A program made the translations under genes and the position numbers. Shown here piece after piece: positions 18,212 to 27,943 of a stretch of DNA of 64,000 nucleotides (its first letter is position 1; each line of letters starts with the position of its first letter). The DNA is from a virus (lineage: Duplodnaviria; Heunggongvirae; Uroviricota; Caudoviricetes), in the IMG/VR virus record IMGVR_UViG_2617270980_000003; one strand, 5' to 3'. The notes beneath the pieces are model-generated. The model searched no databases. It saw nothing but the letters and a program-made list of their open reading frames with translations, and was not told the origin of the DNA.

Positions 18212-18231
18212 AAAAAGCCCTTACGGGCCAT
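18212..18231 (-). terminator. Putative rho-independent terminator after the capsid gene
   Basis: Minus strand reads GGCCCGTAAGGGC followed by TTTTTTT. Confidence 0.45.
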
Positions 18232-18252
18232 CAGAGTTGTTGTCTGCGACGT

Positions 18253-20472
18253 TTACGCCGTACATTTAACCAGACCGCGGTGATCAACTGGCGCGACACC
18301 GGCGTCAATACGCACTTTCGTTGTCACGCCATCCACACTGAAGCCCTCCATCTGATCAATATATGGCGTATCCACACCGTTAAGATAAGCCACTTCAATC
18401 GTATCGGAGCCTTTTGACGCAGCCAGGTAGAAGGTGATCTGGCTGTTATCATCAAGACGAGGCTCTGCAATAACGGTCGCAAAATCTTTCACCGGGTTAA
18501 TAATACCGGCGTTAATGTCAGCCCCCTTGACACTTGAGGAGCGAATGACCTGGTTAGCAACAGACTCCATCGCCGTCGGTACCAGTACGAACGCAGGACG
18601 AATATTCAGATGACGCTCCCCCTCTTTCTGAACGCGCATCAACTGGCGGGCTTTATCCAGCGATGCCACGTCCATTGCAGCGCTCTCCAGTACGTTTGCA
18701 TGTTTCGCTTTATCGAACAGACTTACATTATCTGTGGAGATTTTCGGGTTAGACGTCAGAATGGCATAAACCAGATCGGCAATAGTGGATTTCGCCGCAC
18801 GGCCCAGTTTCATCGGGACATCGGTCAGCATATTCAGATCATCATTGATAATGGCCTGACGGGTGATACTGAACAGCTCGCCATAGGTCGCCAGTGCAAT
18901 AGTGGCCTGTTTATCTCCGGTGGTGACGTATTTATATTCCGCCCCTTCACGCACCTGACGCAGAGCACTGAAGCCCCCCATACCCACACGATGGGCAATT
19001 TTAAAATCAGACAACTGACCTTTCCGCGTCCACTGTTCATAGGTTTCAGGGGCATCTTCCCAGCCCTGCAGAATGGCTTTGTTCGCAACATCCAGCAGAA
19101 TATTACCGAAGTCAGACGTACTGTGTGTGAACGCCGCACCGACCATCTGCATCGGGTTATAACCGGAAACCCCAATACCCCGTTCAGTTAGTGACATACG
19201 GGCATATTCACGCAGGGTCATCCCGTTGTAGACATTATCACGTTCGGTTTTTTCAAATCCGGCACGCGCCATCAGCGCCTGGCGAATCCCGTCCCCCACA
19301 AAATTACCGTTACCGGCATAAATATGAGCCGGGGTATTTTTATTGGATGGCGTGGACTCGCGCCCCATCTCGTTCAACAGCTTTTCACGGGCCTGCTCCA
19401 GCGAACATTCAGGATCGGCAAGACACTGAGCCTGCAGCGTCTGATAACGCCCGCCAAACATGGCAAACAGATCACTAATACCGTTTACACGCGCTTTTTG
19501 CTCTGCCAGTACCTGCGCACGGATGCTGTTTTCATCCACCACGGGTGCTGCTGCCTGCACTGGCGTCCGGGAGGCTTCAGATTCATTATCCTGTACGCGT
19601 GGAGCACTGTTGCGTGGCGGAGTAATCATGTTTCGAATGGATTCCGGCATCTTTTTAAATTCCTCTGTACGTTTTGACTGAATACATGCCATTGCCTTAA
19701 CGGCTGGCGTTACCTGATCAGCAAATCCATGTGCCAGACATTCGGCACCGGACATCCAGGTCTCATCCGCCAGCATGGCAGCAATTTCATCGGTGGTTTT
19801 CCCGGTTTTCTGTGCATAAGCGGGTAACAGAACCGCCTCAACTTTATCGAGTAGGTCGGCATAGGTGCGCATGTCCTCCGCATCACCGCCCGTAAAGCCA
19901 AATGGTTTATGAATCATCATGAAGGTGTTTTCCGGCATAATGACCGGGTTTCCTACCATCGCAATGACCGACGCCATTGACGCCGCCACACCGTCGACAT
20001 AAACGGTAATGGACGCACCATGTGTTTTCAGCGCATTAAAAATGGCGATGCCTTCAAAGACATCGCCACCCGGTGAATTAATATGGAGATTAATGTGGGT
20101 GATATCGCCCAGTGCATTCAGATCACTGATAAACTGCTTCGCTGTAACACCCCAGAAACCAATCTCGTCATAAATATAAATATCCGCGTCACTCTGGTGA
20201 CCAGCCTGCATCCTGAACCAGGAATTATTCTTCGGGCTGGTCGTCGGTGTGCTGCGGCTCCTGTCGTTTCGTTGCGGCACTACTGCCTCCTTTATCACTG
20301 GCCGGATCGGTATCAAATACCAGATCCAGCTTGCGGTTTTCATCAATTTCGGCCTTGCGCCGACGTTTGACATCATCCGGATTACGACCACCAGCACGTA
20401 CCCAGTCTGATTCTGTCGCCGCTCCACCACGAATCTGGATTTTCCAGGCCTCAGCCTCCTTAACAGGGTCAA
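18253..20472 (-). CDS. Prohead protease (ClpP/S49-like) fused to major capsid protein; likely true start ATG 20211 (652 aa)
   Basis: N-terminal half has protease-like ...INSPGGDVFEGIAIFNALKTHGASITVYVDGVAASMASVI...; long C-terminal region in capsid position; the 20211 start overlaps portal stop by ~14 nt. Confidence 0.7.
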   Translation of the reverse strand: MTLLRRLRPGKSRFVVERRQNQTGYVLVVVIRMMSNVGARPKLMKTASWIWYLIPIRPVIKEAVVPQRNDRSRSTPTTSPKNNSWFRMQAGHQSDADIYIYDEIGFWGVTAKQFISDLNALGDITHINLHINSPGGDVFEGIAIFNALKTHGASITVYVDGVAASMASVIAMVGNPVIMPENTFMMIHKPFGFTGGDAEDMRTYADLLDKVEAVLLPAYAQKTGKTTDEIAAMLADETWMSGAECLAHGFADQVTPAVKAMACIQSKRTEEFKKMPESIRNMITPPRNSAPRVQDNESEASRTPVQAAAPVVDENSIRAQVLAEQKARVNGISDLFAMFGGRYQTLQAQCLADPECSLEQAREKLLNEMGRESTPSNKNTPAHIYAGNGNFVGDGIRQALMARAGFEKTERDNVYNGMTLREYARMSLTERGIGVSGYNPMQMVGAAFTHSTSDFGNILLDVANKAILQGWEDAPETYEQWTRKGQLSDFKIAHRVGMGGFSALRQVREGAEYKYVTTGDKQATIALATYGELFSITRQAIINDDLNMLTDVPMKLGRAAKSTIADLVYAILTSNPKISTDNVSLFDKAKHANVLESAAMDVASLDKARQLMRVQKEGERHLNIRPAFVLVPTAMESVANQVIRSSSVKGADINAGIINPVKDFATVIAEPRLDDNSQITFYLAASKGSDTIEVAYLNGVDTPYIDQMEGFSVDGVTTKVRIDAGVAPVDHRGLVKCTA

Positions 20473-21805
20473 TCCACGGCATCACTGGTCCGGAATACAC
20501 CGCGGTATACAGTGAAGAACGGTCAAGATCGCGGGGTAGCCTGATAACACCGGATGCCACAGCCTGTTTCAGCCATGCACGATACATCGGGCGGGTGACG
20601 GCACCAATAAACCAGTCCTGCAGGATCAGGTAGCCATCAGTGGATTCAACCAGCTCCTGACGCTGGGCGCTGTAAGTGCCGTTATAGTTGCGCGCTGTAC
20701 TGGAAAAACTCAGACGACTGCCCGCCGCCACGGCACGCAACTGACCATTACGAAAAGTTTCAAGGTTAGGATTGGGGCGATCCGACTTCACCATTCCGAT
20801 TTCTTCGCCGGGTTTCAGATCGTCGTAAATAATGCCCGGCTGAATGGTAAGCTCACGTTCATTCTCCTTTCTGCCATTACCATCCGGTTCATAGCTCTGC
20901 CCGTCGCCTTTCCGGATGTACATCCCCAGAGCAGCGGCGATCCTTGCTGCAGTCAGCTCAGAATCTTCATATTCTTTCAGGGCACTGAGGCGGATCAGCA
21001 CACCGGACAACAAAGACGTCCCGCGCATCTGGTGCAGACGGCGAACAAATTTAAGATGCAGCATTCGCTCTGCATCCACTTCTTTGGTTTCCATCTGCCG
21101 TCCGGATACGGGACGGCTTTTATACACCAGATATTTTTCGGGACGCCCCCAGTCATCAACAAACACGCCCTGATTCAGCCTGTTGCTCTCATCACTGGTC
21201 ATGGGAATAAAGTCCGGCTCGAGCGCCTCCAGCCAGAAATGAACACCGGCAGAAGGCGCCAGGCTGTTTATGCGCCCGGAAACCATCTGGGCAAACACCT
21301 CACCATCGCGCAGCCAGGTACGAAGCATCAGACGTTCCAGCATCGGACGGGTAAACTGCCCGGTGACTTCCGGGCTGACAGACCATTCACTCCATCGGGT
21401 GCGAATCTCCGCAGCCAGGTCACGGGCAATGGCCCCATTGCGTAATACCGGATGTGGCTCGACAATAATCCCGTTTTTCCCCACCACCCGTTCTTCCAGC
21501 TTATCAAATACACCAATAACCAGATCGTGGTTGTTATCAAGGTAACGGGCCTGCTCACGTAACGACACGGCCCCGTACTGGCTTAACTGGTCGGCAGTTC
21601 GGTTCTCCCGTCGGGCTTTGTGTGTCCGCGTCGTTTTTACGGCCTCATAAGCCTGGATCACCGCACGGGAACGCAGCCTTGCCGCTTTCCATCCTGGTGA
21701 AAAAACGCCAATCACATCATCAAGAATTGCCATCAGAACCTCGCCAGCCGGTACCCGGGATGCCCCCGTCGTCGTGTAATCAGAGCCGCAAGGCGGCGCT
21801 CCCAC
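20225..21805 (-). CDS. Portal protein (lambda B-like)
   Basis: 526 aa, between W-like gene and protease/capsid gene. Confidence 0.8.
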   Translation of the reverse strand: MGAPPCGSDYTTTGASRVPAGEVLMAILDDVIGVFSPGWKAARLRSRAVIQAYEAVKTTRTHKARRENRTADQLSQYGAVSLREQARYLDNNHDLVIGVFDKLEERVVGKNGIIVEPHPVLRNGAIARDLAAEIRTRWSEWSVSPEVTGQFTRPMLERLMLRTWLRDGEVFAQMVSGRINSLAPSAGVHFWLEALEPDFIPMTSDESNRLNQGVFVDDWGRPEKYLVYKSRPVSGRQMETKEVDAERMLHLKFVRRLHQMRGTSLLSGVLIRLSALKEYEDSELTAARIAAALGMYIRKGDGQSYEPDGNGRKENERELTIQPGIIYDDLKPGEEIGMVKSDRPNPNLETFRNGQLRAVAAGSRLSFSSTARNYNGTYSAQRQELVESTDGYLILQDWFIGAVTRPMYRAWLKQAVASGVIRLPRDLDRSSLYTAVYSGPVMPWIDPVKEAEAWKIQIRGGAATESDWVRAGGRNPDDVKRRRKAEIDENRKLDLVFDTDPASDKGGSSAATKRQEPQHTDDQPEE

Positions 21806-21951
21806 TCCTGCCGTCCCTGCCGGATCTCAGATAAGTTTTCCATGGTCATCTGCTGACCATTAAAGGTGACGGATTTTCCGTCCAGCACCGCCATTTCAGC
21901 TTCCGTATAACGCTGAATCATGGCTTCGATATCATTCTGGTTCATAACCAT
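21733..21951 (-). CDS. Head-tail connector protein (gpW-like)
   Basis: 72-aa ORF between terminase large subunit and portal. Confidence 0.65.
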   Translation of the reverse strand: MVMNQNDIEAMIQRYTEAEMAVLDGKSVTFNGQQMTMENLSEIRQGRQEWERRLAALITRRRGHPGYRLARF

Positions 21952-24041
21952 CCTCCGGAAGTCAGCCAGGGGTTAACATCGTCAGTTACTGTTTTCTTCC
22001 GTTTTTGTTTTTTAACAGGCGTGGATACCGGTTCCGGTGAGGATGACGGTTCGGTACTGTCCTGGACACACTCCAGCCAGGTCTCCCGGCTCGCCCACTC
22101 CGGTGCATCCGGCCAGCGGATCTTTTCGTATCCATGCAGAATGACCAGAGCCTCGGCATACACCATCAGGTCAAAAGCTTCGTTGGCACCGCGACCCGGC
22201 TTACTCCATTTCCCGTCACTGCTCCGCTCTTCATACGTCAGTTCGTCGTAAAACCAGCTCCCCAGCCAGTCAGGGAAATGCACATAGCCTGGACCTGGCG
22301 AGTCACGCCATAACGCGTTATTCACCCGGTCTTTCAGGGCATCCGTCTGAAGAAGCCAGAGCGGCACATCACCTGCGGCCTGCGCCCGGCGGCCCGTTCG
22401 TCCGGTGTTATCAGGGAATGTACGGCTGATCAGTTTTGCGCGCCGGATGCTGTCACCCTTAAACAGGTAAATACGTTTACCAAGGCCATCACGACGGCAA
22501 CGACGCCAGAATTTATAGGCATTATCAGTGACCCCGTCTTCACCGCCGGAGTCCACCGCCATTGCCATCAGTCGCATTTGTTGAGAAGGATCGGAGGCCA
22601 GCGGCCAGCTTTTATGAAAAACATCCGTCAGCAGGACATCCCAGTCTTCCGGATAGCTGGCCGGATCAATTCGCTGGCTCTCCCCGTCGCAGTCACTGCG
22701 CAATGACTGCGTGATGTTGTAACGATCAATAATCCAGCGTTCGCCACGACTGCCATAGCCCGTTACCTGAACCACAAAACGGCGATGACGTCCCGCCTGC
22801 ACATCCACTGTCGCCACAAGGAAATTAACGCCATCCGGCACACTGCGGGAAGGAACTAGCTCTGCCCGCTGCTCAAGCAGTTCACTTTTTCGTTGCTCCA
22901 TGCTGGCACGAGGAAGATAAGGCAATCCCCAGTCGGTGTTGATAACCGCCCTGAGTGTTTCTTCGCTTCCTGTCGCTTCATACTCCTGTTCTGCAGTCAG
23001 TAATTTGTAAACCAGTTGCGCCCAGGTCTGATACGCAGCAGCTGGCCCTTCCATCCAGAAACTGGCGATACGGGAGCGGCGCGGTTCACCGGAAACGTTG
23101 CCGTTACGATCAATAACCTGACCTTCACGCAACCAGACTCCTGCACTATTGAGCTCACGCTTTTTCTCCGCAGTGATAATGCCGCTGCAGTGCGGGCAAA
23201 GTAGATACGCCGCCTCACTGGCTTTAAAGGGATCCGGTTCATTACGGTAGCCGGTCATGGCATCCATGGCTGGCTGAAAATATTCACCGCAGTGCGGACA
23301 TGACCAGTACCAGCGGCGGCGGTCACCACGATTGTAAAGGGAAAGAATACCAGTCGTCGGTGGCGCTTCATGAGGCGACTTACGTCGCCATTTGCTGTCG
23401 CAGATGTCACGTCCCGGCGAGCTCTCCACCAGAGTCATCCCGGCGGACATAAATGTGGTGGTACGTTTTGAGGCCAGGGAGAAACCATCACCCTCGCTGT
23501 CGATATTCTCCGGAAAACGGTCGTAATCGGTTAAGGCGACAAACCGGTAATCCGACGACGACATAATGTTGACCGAGGGCCAACCAATTTTAAGGAACGA
23601 GCCATCCCTGAACGTCTTATCATGGACATTATTGTCGTTACGACGTGGACTCATTCTTTTCTTTACCGCCGCACTGCTTCTGAACGTTCTGTCGAGGCGC
23701 TTTTTAGAATGCTCGCGGGCCTTATCTTCGGTCATCTGCACAACGAGCATGTCCGAAGGATCGCAAACGATGGTATAGACAATCCATCCATCGATCAGAC
23801 CAATGGTCTTCCCTGTTCGCGCAGGACCAACAAAAATCACCGCATCGTATTCACGCGATGCCAGGCAGTTCATGGGCTCAATGATGTAGGGTGTCAGTTC
23901 AGGATCCCATGGCACCGAGTTACCAGCCCCCTTGGGAACACGCATGAATTTTTTAACAGCCTCCGAAATCGGCATGCGACGTGGTGGGGAAAATCCTGCC
24001 GATATGTCCCTTCCCAAATTTCGGGCTGATGAAAAACCCAT
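21942..24041 (-). CDS. Terminase large subunit (GpA-type)
   Basis: 699 aa; Walker A-like VGPARTGKT; position after small subunit. Confidence 0.85.
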   Translation of the reverse strand: MGFSSARNLGRDISAGFSPPRRMPISEAVKKFMRVPKGAGNSVPWDPELTPYIIEPMNCLASREYDAVIFVGPARTGKTIGLIDGWIVYTIVCDPSDMLVVQMTEDKAREHSKKRLDRTFRSSAAVKKRMSPRRNDNNVHDKTFRDGSFLKIGWPSVNIMSSSDYRFVALTDYDRFPENIDSEGDGFSLASKRTTTFMSAGMTLVESSPGRDICDSKWRRKSPHEAPPTTGILSLYNRGDRRRWYWSCPHCGEYFQPAMDAMTGYRNEPDPFKASEAAYLLCPHCSGIITAEKKRELNSAGVWLREGQVIDRNGNVSGEPRRSRIASFWMEGPAAAYQTWAQLVYKLLTAEQEYEATGSEETLRAVINTDWGLPYLPRASMEQRKSELLEQRAELVPSRSVPDGVNFLVATVDVQAGRHRRFVVQVTGYGSRGERWIIDRYNITQSLRSDCDGESQRIDPASYPEDWDVLLTDVFHKSWPLASDPSQQMRLMAMAVDSGGEDGVTDNAYKFWRRCRRDGLGKRIYLFKGDSIRRAKLISRTFPDNTGRTGRRAQAAGDVPLWLLQTDALKDRVNNALWRDSPGPGYVHFPDWLGSWFYDELTYEERSSDGKWSKPGRGANEAFDLMVYAEALVILHGYEKIRWPDAPEWASRETWLECVQDSTEPSSSPEPVSTPVKKQKRKKTVTDDVNPWLTSGGWL

Positions 24042-24049
24042 TATTCCTC

Positions 24050-24607
24050 CTAGAGACTCTCTCCTTCCTCATCAGGAATTAATTCAGCAGCACAAGCCTC
24101 GTAGGATTTTTCCTGAAGAGTGTATCGCAGGTCATCAATGGCCTGCTGTACAACGCCGACGGCCTGAGGAGTCAGGGCGCAATCGCGTTCAAGAACATCC
24201 GGAATTGTCTCCAGAACCTGGACGACAGCCTTTCTCATGGACGAATAGACGATGACTACTTCATCAACGGGGATGAGTTTTCGCTGCTCCTTTTCCAGCT
24301 TGATCCTTTCATTTTCAGATTGGTACCAGTCCTTTCTCTCTTTCGGCTCCATACGGGATGGATCATGAACAGAGTCTGCTGCCTCATGCTTCACACTAAA
24401 CAGGGCTGGCCCGACATGCTGCAGGGCGTAAACGGGGTTCCCCCTGATAGTCGCAGCCACAGGAGTGTTGGCCGCGAGGAGCCGTTTTTTTACTGTGTCC
24501 CGGTGAAGCCCAAAGGCCTCAGCGATTTTAAAAACACTCCAGTAATAAGCATCACCGATCCCGCTCACATTTGACATAAGCAACTCCATCTGGCAGGTGA
24601 AAATCAT
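24050..24607 (-). CDS. Terminase small subunit (Nu1-like); probable start ~24577
   Basis: N-terminal HTH-like ...YYWSVFKIAEAFGLHRDTVKKRL...; immediately upstream of large subunit. Confidence 0.6.
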   Translation of the reverse strand: MIFTCQMELLMSNVSGIGDAYYWSVFKIAEAFGLHRDTVKKRLLAANTPVAATIRGNPVYALQHVGPALFSVKHEAADSVHDPSRMEPKERKDWYQSENERIKLEKEQRKLIPVDEVVIVYSSMRKAVVQVLETIPDVLERDCALTPQAVGVVQQAIDDLRYTLQEKSYEACAAELIPDEEGESL

Positions 24608-25139
24608 GTTTATTTATATATTTCAATTAATTGCAAACTGGTCTAATGACAGGGAGAAAAAAATATTGTACAGGTGAAAAGAGAAATAACTTTTAATTAT
24701 CAATAAATTACCAAACATGCTGCCGCCGCCATGGAAATGCAAAAACTAGCCTTTTTCCGCGACGCTCCCGCCCCGTGGCAGGGACCCCCACTGGGAGGAC
24801 CCGACAGCCTGACAACCGTGACGAGCATCTGAAACAGAGCTTTACATAATGGCATGGGGATAATTCAGAAGGACATCACAGCATGCCCACACAAATTAGT
24901 GTGAGTGTCCTGTTTCTTACTACGCGCAGGACTGACGAGCATGAGGGGAAAATACGAGAACCGAAATGCCTTATCTTCAGAAATGCAGCCGGCATCCGAA
25001 CTGGACGATATTGTAAATTCACCTAAATACGAGGCATTGCTGTAGTTGAATTGCATTGCTGTATTAGCCTGACAGTGACAGAATACGATATTGACTCTGT
25101 CACTTGTGAAATGGTCAGAATGGTTAGCAGTTATGGTGA

Positions 25140-25346
25140 TCAGTCAACCACCAGGGAATAATCCTTCGTATTCTTATCGTGCTTTACTAACGCGGCCTCA
25201 ATTGCCCTGAATGCTTCCAGAGACACTTGATGTTCTATACATGCAATTACAACATCCGGGTAACCCATCGAAATGGTGCTATTAAGCATAGTTTTTACAC
25301 GAACCTGCTCCTGGGAGGGGGCATCAGTGTATTGTTCTTTATGCAT
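25140..25346 (-). CDS. hypothetical small protein (lambdoid moron region)
   Basis: 68-aa ORF between terminase and gns-like gene; no motif. Confidence 0.3.
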   Translation of the reverse strand: MHKEQYTDAPSQEQVRVKTMLNSTISMGYPDVVIACIEHQVSLEAFRAIEAALVKHDKNTKDYSLVVD

Positions 25347-25639
25347 TTTGTCGCTCCATGCGTTTGCTCTTCACTTACGGCTAAAAATATAACGTCAAAT
25401 CACTCAGCATGAAAGAGTTAAAGATTCAGCGCGTTTCCCTTACATAATCTGTCGTTTGTATTCTCTTCAGGCATACCGGAAAGACTAGGTATTGTCACAC
25501 AACCAATACCATCGACAATCGAGATTTATACCTATTCGGTAATGTTTAAATATAACAAAACCCCGTAAAAACGAGGTTTATGGGTAATTTGTATTGTTGA
25601 ATAGCATCTGATGAGAAATTGATGCTAATACTAAACAGA

Positions 25640-25813
25640 CTAGATTAAATCAATCTTGATATCATAGCTTTCAAGACCAGTCATTTTTTCCCGTGCAGTA
25701 AACTGGATACTGGTAACTTCTTTCCCGGTCTTTTTCTTAAGCTCAATGATTTTTTTTGTTATATATTCAGAAATATCTGCTTCTGTTTTTGTTTTTAACT
25801 CTTCAATGTTCAT
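25640..25813 (-). CDS. GnsA/GnsB-family small protein
   Basis: From ATG 25813: MNIEELKTKTEADISEYITKKIIELKKKTGKEVTSIQFTAREKMTGLESYDIKIDLI, strongly resembles E. coli GnsA/GnsB (57 aa) as recalled. Confidence 0.7.
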   Translation of the reverse strand: MNIEELKTKTEADISEYITKKIIELKKKTGKEVTSIQFTAREKMTGLESYDIKIDLI

Positions 25814-25985
25814 CATTTCCTCTTTTAGTCTGTTATGACTTTCCTGGTACACAGTAGTGTCAATTATATGGAGCAAACGTATAAAAGATAAGATGAAACA
25901 TCGCAATAATCAACATACGACGGTCTAAATTTCACACAAACAGATAAAGATGATTATCATTTATTATCAATGCATTAGAATCAAA

Positions 25986-26216
25986 TCAATTCAAGAGTCT
26001 CATTGCTGCTTCCAGAATTTCTTCTGAAGTTACATGTCGATCCGCTGCTACATAAATGACTTTATGATCTCCGGTCAGAGATGGAAACCCTGCAGCCATT
26101 ACAGTGAGGTGTGTTGTTTCGCCATTTGGATATTCACGCATGATGGTGTTAACTCCGGTCATCACTGGCACTACCATTGCTGGTTCAGAGTTAAAAAAAA
26201 CTATTATTTTTTTCAT
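25986..26216 (-). CDS. YmcE/YnfN-like small protein (76 aa from ATG 26216)
   Basis: Neighbour of the gns-like gene, as ymcE-gnsA / ynfN-gnsB pairs in E. coli; sequence identity not confirmed. Confidence 0.4.
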   Translation of the reverse strand: MKKIIVFFNSEPAMVVPVMTGVNTIMREYPNGETTHLTVMAAGFPSLTGDHKVIYVAADRHVTSEEILEAAMRLLN

Positions 26217-26266
26217 AATGTTACCGTAATATGTGAGTATCCATCGACTAGACACTAAGCAAAAAA

Positions 26267-26290
26267 GCTCCCGAAGGGGCTTTTTTTTAA
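26267..26290. terminator. Bidirectional terminator-like hairpin near the P2-like prophage right junction
   Basis: AAAAAA-GCTCC-cgaa-GGGGC-TTTTTTTT. Confidence 0.5.
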
Positions 26291-26356
26291 GATTTAACCA
26301 AATGAAATAAAAGGATTTATTTCAGGTCATGTCCACTTACCGACCACATCTATTCA

Positions 26357-26381
26357 AAAGCCCCGCAATGCGGGGCTTTTA
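26357..26381 (-). terminator. Rho-independent terminator immediately downstream of ogr
   Basis: GCCCCGC-aat-GCGGGGC 7-bp stem flanked by A-run and T-run. Confidence 0.6.
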
Positions 26382-26630
26382 TCATATAGTCAAACTTAAC
26401 TGATCGCGTCCATAGTGCGAAGCGGGAAAGACACCTGCGGGAATAAAGTCAGGCGCTAATTTATCGCGCCGCTCACGCTTGGTGACAATTTTTTCAACAC
26501 TGTTAAGCGTTGTGAATGACAAGCCGCATTCCATATTCTGGCACTGATGGTATTGGCGAATCGTTACTTCACTAAGAGGCTTACTGGTGCGAGTGCGGGC
26601 CGTAGCGCCGCAGTGTGGGCATTTGAACAT
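26382..26630 (-). CDS. ogr: Ogr/Delta-family zinc-finger late-gene transcription activator
   Basis: MFKCPHCGA...RYHQCQNMECGLSF with four-Cys pattern, as in P2 Ogr (recalled); located at prophage end next to D. Confidence 0.85.
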   Translation of the reverse strand: MFKCPHCGATARTRTSKPLSEVTIRQYHQCQNMECGLSFTTLNSVEKIVTKRERRDKLAPDFIPAGVFPASHYGRDQLSLTI

Positions 26631-26668
26631 AATGGTGACTCCCCTGGGGAGTTGAACTCATCACCATT

Positions 26669-27916
26669 CTATTCAGTTTCTGCGATCCAGTCAGATATTT
26701 TTGCTTCAAAGTTAAGCTGTGTTGTGAATCCATTACTATCAACATCATGCTGTACCTTGCTGATTATCCAGTCCTGGGCGTCAATATCAGCTTTAAAACC
26801 GGTTACCGTTGCGTGCATTTCCGGGTACAACTCCGCGCGCCCGCGCGCCAGGGTGATCGAAAACTCCGCCGCGCCGCGCTGTAACTGCTGCCACTTTGCC
26901 GCCGCTGCGCGCCTGGCGGCTTCTTCGTTCTGGAAGGTTTTACGCATAATAAAAACGTTACCTTCAGCGCCTTCAATATAGTCACCTTCCCTGCTGCTGC
27001 TCTTATCCGCTTTTTTAGTTGTGGCACGACGACGGACACTGACCTTTTTCTTTTTCCCGTAATTCAGATCAAGCCAGTACGCGCGGACGCCGGTATAAGC
27101 GTCACGATCAGCAACGCGGAAGCGGTGCCGGTCGCCACTGCTGCGCGTGATGGCAATCGACGGAATAGCCTTCCCTGATGCTGTGAAACCACCACCCGGC
27201 ACGATAAATAACAGACTGCCATTTTTTACCGTGGCGATGGCCCCTAACATTTCCGCCATTCTGGTCAGAAATGACATATCGCTTTCCTGAGTCTGATCGG
27301 CGTGGTCAATTTCCACATCCATCAACAGATCGCTGATTTGCGGCGTCAGGTCATACCGTTTTGCGATAGCGGACACAACCCGCTCCACAGTCACATCATG
27401 CCAGGAGACTTCACGCTTCACGTTAAACTCTTCTCTGAAATCTGCACTCCTGGCGGTCACCGTGATACGGTCTGGCGGCCCGTCATGCGCGACTTCATCA
27501 ACCGTGTACACGCCCTTATAAACCAGCGCTTCACCCATCCACCCCAGCCAGAAAGACAACTCAGCACCGCGCAGCGGAAGGGCAACGCCTCCATCAGTAT
27601 CATCCAGCTCTAATGTCAGCTGATCGGCGTCAAATCCCCTGTTGTCCGTCAGGCTGATGGATATCACGCGATCTGATAATTCTGTTAACACCTTTCCGCC
27701 CTGCCGGACGCTGAATGCCGGTATTTTTAACGCCTCCGTCAGGATGTCATCGACACCGCCAGCCGCGCCCGAAATCATACTGCTGATCACTGAAACACTC
27801 ATACACCCTCCCGTTTTGCTGAATAATTCCACGCGGGCGCGCGTGGGAGAATTCGTTTTAGTTGTCAGAGAGATAGCACAACCAGAAAGGCGTGAAGCTG
27901 TTACGTCAATCAGCAA
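26669..27916 (-). CDS. D: P2 gpD-like tail protein; likely true start ATG 27802 (377 aa)
   Basis: ...ISLTDNRG.DADQLTLELDDTDGG...DRDAYTG...FSITLARGRAELYPE... parallels P2 D as recalled; track start 27916 is TTG. Confidence 0.85.
   Translation of the reverse strand: MLIDVTASRLSGCAISLTTKTNSPTRARVELFSKTGGCMSVSVISSMISGAAGGVDDILTEALKIPAFSVRQGGKVLTELSDRVISISLTDNRGFDADQLTLELDDTDGGVALPLRGAELSFWLGWMGEALVYKGVYTVDEVAHDGPPDRITVTARSADFREEFNVKREVSWHDVTVERVVSAIAKRYDLTPQISDLLMDVEIDHADQTQESDMSFLTRMAEMLGAIATVKNGSLLFIVPGGGFTASGKAIPSIAITRSSGDRHRFRVADRDAYTGVRAYWLDLNYGKKKKVSVRRRATTKKADKSSSREGDYIEGAEGNVFIMRKTFQNEEAARRAAAAKWQQLQRGAAEFSITLARGRAELYPEMHATVTGFKADIDAQDWIISKVQHDVDSNGFTTQLNFEAKISDWIAETE
27863..27880. promoter_or_regulatory. 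Ogr-type late-promoter activator site (TGT-N12-ACA) between divergent D and FI
   Basis: TGTcagagagatagcACA; ~70-85 bp from both D ATG (27802) and FI ATG (27944/27956); embedded in a ~30-bp element repeated at 45024-45056. Confidence 0.6.
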
Positions 27917-27943
27917 TCATGGTGGCGAACTCAACAAAACGTA

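Noticed and set aside
24865-25056. 63-aa minus-strand ORF upstream of terminase
   Set aside because: No RBS or recognisable protein; region more likely holds the lambdoid cos site, which I could not pinpoint.
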